DNA of 64,000 nucleotides. Origin: an uncultured virus (IMG/VR IMGVR_UViG_3300037313_000338) (lineage: Duplodnaviria > Heunggongvirae > Uroviricota > Caudoviricetes). Under the pieces are notes generated by a model, which did no database searches, was not told the origin of the DNA, and worked only from the letters and a program-made list of their open reading frames with translations. Location: IMG/VR virus record IMGVR_UViG_3300037313_000338, one strand, 5' to 3'. Made by a program: the position numbers and the translations under genes. Shown one piece after another: positions 58,512-64,000 of the stretch. Positions within the stretch are counted from its first letter, which is position 1, and each line of letters begins with the position of its first letter.

Positions 58512-59388
58512 ACGCGAGCGGGAGATTACTAATCGTATCGACCTACTTGAGCGCGACCCACAAGGCGCTAAGCTACAAGAGGCCGAAGATACTATTAACA
58601 AGTTCTTTGAGAAATACCCCGATGGCGCACGATGGATCGAGGCGACGCACAAAAGCGGCAGAGAAGAGTTCTTTGCACCCAATCTTTTTGGAGGCCGCCG
58701 CCACCTGTATGGTTATATTAGCGCTAACACTGGCGTCCACTCGGCGATGGATCGAAGAGGGCCAAACTCTCTCATCCAAGGTCCGCTCTCTCAAGTCGGA
58801 TACGTCGCAGTCTACAGCCTCGAACAGTGGCTCGACGATCTCTCCAACGAAACCAACCTACCATTAATAGAACACATGGGTGTGTTCAACATGGTGCACG
58901 ACTCACAGGAAATGGAAGCCCCTATCCTGTTGATGCCGTTAGCAAGTTACATGTTGGAGCACGCCTGTACGACACGGGTGGTGGAATACTTTAATAAATA
59001 TCAAGTCGCTCAGAACTATAAGTTGTCGGTCCACGAAAAGTCCGGCAAACAAGTTGGCATTCCGCTGAACGTGGAATTCGAAGTCGACCAAGAAATCGGC
59101 CTGAACCTGGGCGAAACTAATAAGTACGACGGCCACCGCCGTTCAATGCTCTCCAGCATGTTGCCGATGGCTCGTTCCAAGCGAGAACGTAGGCAGTTAA
59201 CCGCTAACATCGAATTAGTGATGGGCTTGCGGGAGAAAGAAATTCGCCGTGACCTGAAGTCATACAAAAATAGCAACGACAACAAAGAAGCGTTGATACC
59301 GTCTACTCGTTGTTTACTAACGGCAAAGCACGTCTTAGAAATGTACTTGCCTGAGGAAGTGAAACCGAAAAAGCGGCATCAGGTGTAA
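58504..59388 (+). CDS. polA: family A DNA polymerase, C-terminal part (fingers remainder and motif C)
   Basis: EAEDTINKFFEKYP, FGGRRHL, RRGPNSLIQG, motif C MVHDS. Confidence 0.88.
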   Translation: MSRREREITNRIDLLERDPQGAKLQEAEDTINKFFEKYPDGARWIEATHKSGREEFFAPNLFGGRRHLYGYISANTGVHSAMDRRGPNSLIQGPLSQVGYVAVYSLEQWLDDLSNETNLPLIEHMGVFNMVHDSQEMEAPILLMPLASYMLEHACTTRVVEYFNKYQVAQNYKLSVHEKSGKQVGIPLNVEFEVDQEIGLNLGETNKYDGHRRSMLSSMLPMARSKRERRQLTANIELVMGLREKEIRRDLKSYKNSNDNKEALIPSTRCLLTAKHVLEMYLPEEVKPKKRHQV

Positions 59389-60198
59389 ACGCACCTGGAT
59401 AAAATAGATGGGGCAAAATATGATTCGCAATCCGTTGTCAGAATTCGAGTACCCGTTAATGCATTTCGGTAATCTCGTAGTGGCGCGCAGTGGTTTGCAC
59501 GTATGTCAAGCTTTCAACGAATCAATAGCGAAACAAATCTGTTCTGATCTTAATAAAGAACAAGAACTTCGCGTAGCAAGTGTAAGAGTCGGAAAAGGCA
59601 ATCCTGCCGCCGCGTACAGTTTTTTATGAGGTTAGTAAGATGGTTCACATGCTAGGCAGTAAACTACTTAGCGGCAAGGCTCCGCACCAGCCTAAGTTAA
59701 CGGTAGTGATGAATATCTCACGCGCCACGGAAGACGGCGCTGCTATTACGATCAAGACCGGTACTATCTCAGTCAGCGATGACCGTTATCGCGCATGGTA
59801 TCAGCCGTTGTTCAAGAGCGGTGAAGAGCACCATGTGGCTATGAGTTCACCGCCGCTCTCACTGGACAAAGCTAGGGCGTTGGCGCTCAAGCAAGCAGAG
59901 TTATTAGCGTTTCAAGTGGACCTTGGTCTTCGGCAGTTGCTTGACGAAGCTGAAGCAGAAGCCAAAGAACGCGCCAAGATCGACTCGGCTATTAAGTCTA
60001 AAGGATAATTAATAACATGCTCACTTGGACTATAATTGTAATGGAGAATTCTCGGGGATTTCGTATGGCGACGTACACGAATGAGACTGAGGCTCGCGAG
60101 AAAGCTTCAGCAGCCGCAAAGGGAATGGATAGCCCTATGTTTGGTCATCGTACCGTCTACATTATTGATCCTTTTGGGATGCATTCTCAGGTGTTTCC

Positions 60199-60816
60199 AT
60201 GACCGTCCCATCAAAGACGTCTATTAAACTGCACGGCGGCATTTTCTTCGATTTCGAGCAACCCGAACGCAGTCCCTTTACAATCGAAACTGTTGCTCAT
60301 CATCTGTCGAAAGTAGACCGCTACGCTGGTATGCTGGACGTGATCTTTTCGGTAGGGCAACACTGCCTGTTAGTAGACGTAATTGTCGCCCATCTTGTAA
60401 GTGCATTACACGAAACGGACCCATTGGAGTATTGGCAGCTTCGGTTTGAAGCATTGATGCATGATAACTCCGAGTTCGTTATGGGCGATATGGTGCATCC
60501 TCTTAAGATCATCATGCCAGAGTATCGCGCCAAAGAAGCGCAAATCGAAGACCTTTGCAGCAGGCGGTTTGGTTTCCGTCGCCCACATAATCCAGTTATT
60601 ATGCAAGCTGACAAGATCGCGCGTTACGTCGAGACTTATAACTTCGATCCGCATTTTGATGGCGTGAACACCACAGTCCACCAAGGCGAAGTTATTCCTG
60701 ACCTGTTCAGGGAGTATCACCTTTCGCCGATGAATTTCCCCGAAGTGAAGGATGAATTCTTGGCCCGATACAACCTCATCACCGGCAAGATCACTTCCTC
60801 TATGCTGGAAGCATGA
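60199..60816 (+). CDS. HD-domain 5'-deoxynucleotidase (YfbR/YfdR-like)
   Basis: AHHLS..DRYAG, FSVGQHC, ALMHD.SE..MGD...PLK, AD. Confidence 0.85.
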   Translation: MTVPSKTSIKLHGGIFFDFEQPERSPFTIETVAHHLSKVDRYAGMLDVIFSVGQHCLLVDVIVAHLVSALHETDPLEYWQLRFEALMHDNSEFVMGDMVHPLKIIMPEYRAKEAQIEDLCSRRFGFRRPHNPVIMQADKIARYVETYNFDPHFDGVNTTVHQGEVIPDLFREYHLSPMNFPEVKDEFLARYNLITGKITSSMLEA

Positions 60817-60854
60817 TATAATATTAGATACGAGTGAGCCTTTGGAGAATATTA

Positions 60855-61964
60855 ATGGCGAAGAAATTGGCTGCGGAAGATACTAAGACTACCACCAGAG
60901 GCCACGATCTTACTAAGCTATTGGCTTTCATGGCGAAAGTTGTCCCTGACGGCGAAGGTATTGTGTTCGCGGACGACGGCAAGTCGCGCATGACCTTACA
61001 AGCCAACTCAGCGGATTCGCAATCTGTTACCGCGATACTGCCTACCGGAGGCAGAGTTATTAAGCCAGTGATGCTGCGTCGGCATGATTTCTTGAAAGCC
61101 TATCGTAAGGAAGCTTTTCTCAGCGGTACGGACGGCAAACTTCAAATGTCTGCGGGGCATTGGAAGCTCGCACTGGCGGGATCGGTAGAGGCCAACACGC
61201 CAGAACCCTTCGTCGTGGAAGGTAAGAAGTTAGTAGCGGATGTGGGTCCGCTCAAGTCGATCCAGACTGAAGACAGTTACGGAGGTTCGACGTGGGCGAT
61301 CTTCCTACCTAACGGACTCGCGGCGGTGGTTTCTACTTACTCCATGGTCTGCGTGATCATGGATTCCGAAGTTTGGCCGTCTAAGCCTGTCACGATGCAG
61401 GCCAACGCTATCTATCCGTTATTAAATCTTGTGGAACCTGTGCTGACTGTTGGCGCTGACGTGGTTGGCGTAACCGGCAAGTTCCCCTGCGGTAATAACG
61501 TTGATGCTCAAGTGCATATCGCGCTAGCCAAGCCGACAATCGATCCGCCATCTGCGGAACAGATTGAGCAAATGGTTCCTACTAAAAAGCATCGCCTGTC
61601 GGTTCCGTCACAAGAACTACGTATCTGTATCGAAGGCGCAAAGAAGACCTTCGAAGACGAAGCTACTAACCTAACGTTCTCACTAGTGGAAACCGGATTG
61701 TCTGTAAGCCTGCAATCGCACTCAGCAGCGCTGTCGGAAGTAATTCCATATGTGAAGCGTCCTGAAAAAGCTAGCGGCAAGCTGGTTATTAATACTGACG
61801 TAGCAGTAAACGCGTTCAAGAGCATCAAGGAACTGACTAGTAGTGACGCAATTGCGTGTATTCGTTGGGATGAAACGGCGGTGTACATTCGTATCGTTCA
61901 CGCTAAAGAGGTACTCGAAGGCAAGTTAATCGGCGCTATCGTAATCGCAGCTTCGGAAGAGTAG
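60855..61964 (+). CDS. possible DNA sliding clamp (DnaN-like)
   Basis: ~370 aa with an alternating beta/alpha pattern; C-terminal third resembles beta-clamp domain III; replication-gene context. Confidence 0.45.
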   Translation: MAKKLAAEDTKTTTRGHDLTKLLAFMAKVVPDGEGIVFADDGKSRMTLQANSADSQSVTAILPTGGRVIKPVMLRRHDFLKAYRKEAFLSGTDGKLQMSAGHWKLALAGSVEANTPEPFVVEGKKLVADVGPLKSIQTEDSYGGSTWAIFLPNGLAAVVSTYSMVCVIMDSEVWPSKPVTMQANAIYPLLNLVEPVLTVGADVVGVTGKFPCGNNVDAQVHIALAKPTIDPPSAEQIEQMVPTKKHRLSVPSQELRICIEGAKKTFEDEATNLTFSLVETGLSVSLQSHSAALSEVIPYVKRPEKASGKLVINTDVAVNAFKSIKELTSSDAIACIRWDETAVYIRIVHAKEVLEGKLIGAIVIAASEE

Positions 61965-62748
61965 TCATGGACAATCAGCGCAGCATCCGGGATTTTATTA
62001 ACGACTGGACAGACGCCGTTAATAGTTCGGGTAACGTAGTCCTCGATCTACCGGAGTCCATTAGGCAGACTGTACGTGATGCGGGTGGCGATCCCGACAC
62101 TCTTTACTTGGCGGGCGTAGAATACGACGTGGTGGAGGAGGATAGTAACGCATGAGTAACCTACTCGAACTGGTCAAACTAGCTAAGCCCGGCACGTTTG
62201 TTGACGCGAGGTTATCAGCGTCTCCCGAGAACGCTATTGTGTATCGAGCTAGGCAACCGCTTATCGAAGATATTATCGAAGTGCCGATGCTTCAGAATTT
62301 CGGCATCATTCCGGTGTCTGCGATCATGGCGGGACGTACGCAAGTCGGGGTTTGCGTGAGGTTTAGTGACAACATGACGGCGAAGGTCACTCAGGGTAAT
62401 TTTGCTACGTTCGTGTCAGATCGTTGTCGCGGAAATCTAGGTGTTGCTACGTGCGCAATGCGTACGCCGGACTACCTGATTTTCTCGTATGCTTCTCGCG
62501 GCGCATTGTTATTAAAGAAACTGACCAAGGGCCGTGGATATGGAGCCGTCTAATGCGTGAAGGAACTTGGCACACATTGAGGTGTTCCGCTTTTACCCAA
62601 GAAGATTTAGATAAGTTAATAATGGAAGTAAGCCAAACGGGCTGGGAACTGGTTACCGTTATGCACACTCCAGACACTAGAACTACAGCGCCTCTCGGTG
62701 GCGGGTGTTCGTGGCACGCGTATTTAAAGAAATTCGAAGGTTATTGAC

Positions 62749-63453
62749 TTGATTATCATTCCCGAAATCGAAACTGTGATCATTCTCGTTCCGAGGACGG
62801 GAACCAAATCATTAAAGAAGGCGATATCAAATCGCTATGCTAGTGCCATGCCAATCTACCGTCACATGGAAGCCGACGGCATTCCTGACGGTTACGAACG
62901 CTGGCGTAAGATCGGCATTGTGCGTGATCCGCTAGAGCGCTTGTGGAGCCTTTACAAATACCTCCAGACGTTCGATGGTCCATATCCGAGAGAGTACATC
63001 GCTGAACAGCGCGATAGTGTGGCGATGCCGTTCTCCACTTGGTTGGTTATTAATCGTCTGCCGTTCACTCAGCCGTACGATAGTAGCGGACGTGGCAAGT
63101 TCTTCCCCGGCTATAACGTGCGGCATAATTTACCTGAGAACCGCAAGTCGCAGCATGTGTATCTGCGTCCTGATCTAGGAACGCAAGTGTTCCAGTTTAG
63201 TGATTTGCAGAAATTCGGCGAGGAAGTGCTCAAGTTGCACCTCCCTCATATCAACGCGAGCACAGACTTTCCGCTGCCTTATGTCAACGGAATTACAGCG
63301 CTGGGCGATGAAGACCGTCGAATTATTGAATACATGTTGCGTTGGTTCGCGTGGGATATCGTCGCCACACGCCCCAAATGGGCGGACGGTGAAATAATGC
63401 ATCGCGCTATACAGCGTGTAAGAGGATTGCCTGATGGCTTCGGTGAAACTTAG
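62749..63453 (+). CDS. sulfotransferase family protein
   Basis: 5'-PSB-like VPRTGTKS and 3'-PB-like IVRDPLERLWSLYKY; LPHINAS. Confidence 0.75.
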   Translation: MIIIPEIETVIILVPRTGTKSLKKAISNRYASAMPIYRHMEADGIPDGYERWRKIGIVRDPLERLWSLYKYLQTFDGPYPREYIAEQRDSVAMPFSTWLVINRLPFTQPYDSSGRGKFFPGYNVRHNLPENRKSQHVYLRPDLGTQVFQFSDLQKFGEEVLKLHLPHINASTDFPLPYVNGITALGDEDRRIIEYMLRWFAWDIVATRPKWADGEIMHRAIQRVRGLPDGFGET

Positions 63454-64000
63454 TAAAGCAAAAATCAAGACCGCAGCCGAAGAAGATTGGCGTACAGCCG
63501 AACCTATCCTCAAGGTTCGTAAGCGTTTGCGCACACACGCAGCGGAAGCAACTGAGTTCTTCACCGATACGCAGAAAGAGATTATTAAATTTCAGGCGCA
63601 GCGTATCAAGCATAACACGGTGACGTTTGATGACGTCGCATCGCGGGGTATGCGTAAGCTGGTGGAATCCATCGCTAGGGACAAGGCGTTCCGGTCCAAC
63701 ATCATCGGTCTACTAATTAAGGTAGAAGACTCGGTCGCCTACATGCGCAACGCGCTGTCGCTAGTAAGACGCCAAGTGAAGGGCAACTACGGCGCTTCGC
63801 TTCGTAAGGAATTCAAGACGGTAGCTGCGCAGAACGACGCCATCGAAGATCACTTCAGTGTGGCGGTGCGTGCGATCAAGCAAGGCGAGCTACTAATCAA
63901 GCTAGCTGACATGGTAATCACGGATATCGACAAGGGCGGGTTCAATGATCAGAAACTCACCAAGATCGGCGAATTAATGTATCATCCAGGACGAGCGGAT
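63443..64000 (+). CDS. hypothetical helical protein (3'-truncated by window edge)
   Basis: Open frame from GTG 63443 to the window end (MKLSKAKIKTAAEEDW...). Confidence 0.6.
   Translation, partial: MKLSKAKIKTAAEEDWRTAEPILKVRKRLRTHAAEATEFFTDTQKEIIKFQAQRIKHNTVTFDDVASRGMRKLVESIARDKAFRSNIIGLLIKVEDSVAYMRNALSLVRRQVKGNYGASLRKEFKTVAAQNDAIEDHFSVAVRAIKQGELLIKLADMVITDIDKGGFNDQKLTKIGELMYHPGRAD

Noticed and set aside
60199..60816. DatZ dATPase implying a 2-aminoadenine (Z) genome
   Set aside because: No PurZ or MazZ in the window; the motifs fit the widespread YfbR/YfdR-like family.

Overview
This is a 64-kb segment of a large lytic dsDNA phage. Essentially all genes are on the + strand, and no CRISPR, rRNA or integrase was seen. 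The host is most likely an alphaproteobacterium (Caulobacterales-like), judged from the permuted two-piece tmRNA with an ANEN...AA tag, a MucR-like protein, a QQIQKYE-type XRE regulator and GANTC sites in promoters. Contents in order: (1) a translation-repair and RNA region with RtcB, tRNA-Ala, tRNA-Asn, a degenerate tRNA-Pro, and a ~2.1-kb ORF-free array of abutting closed-stem RNA domains containing a permuted tmRNA; (2) a Cas4-like nuclease, ThyA, a Prs-like/NAMPT-like pair (NARP1-type NAD+ reconstitution) and a lytic transglycosylase; (3) a region of many small early genes with sigma70-type promoters and a six-copy covarying intergenic hairpin; (4) an aGPT-Pplase-family thymidine-hypermodification enzyme and type II topoisomerase B and A subunits; (5) a truncated sigma factor, SSB-like protein, RecA/UvsX, a family A DNA polymerase split into two genes separated by three unrelated ORFs, an HD nucleotidase, a clamp-like protein and a sulfotransferase. 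The palindrome TTANTAA recurs roughly every 100-250 bp wherever I counted, including inside GC-rich genes. All family assignments come from motifs recognised by eye; no searches were run.
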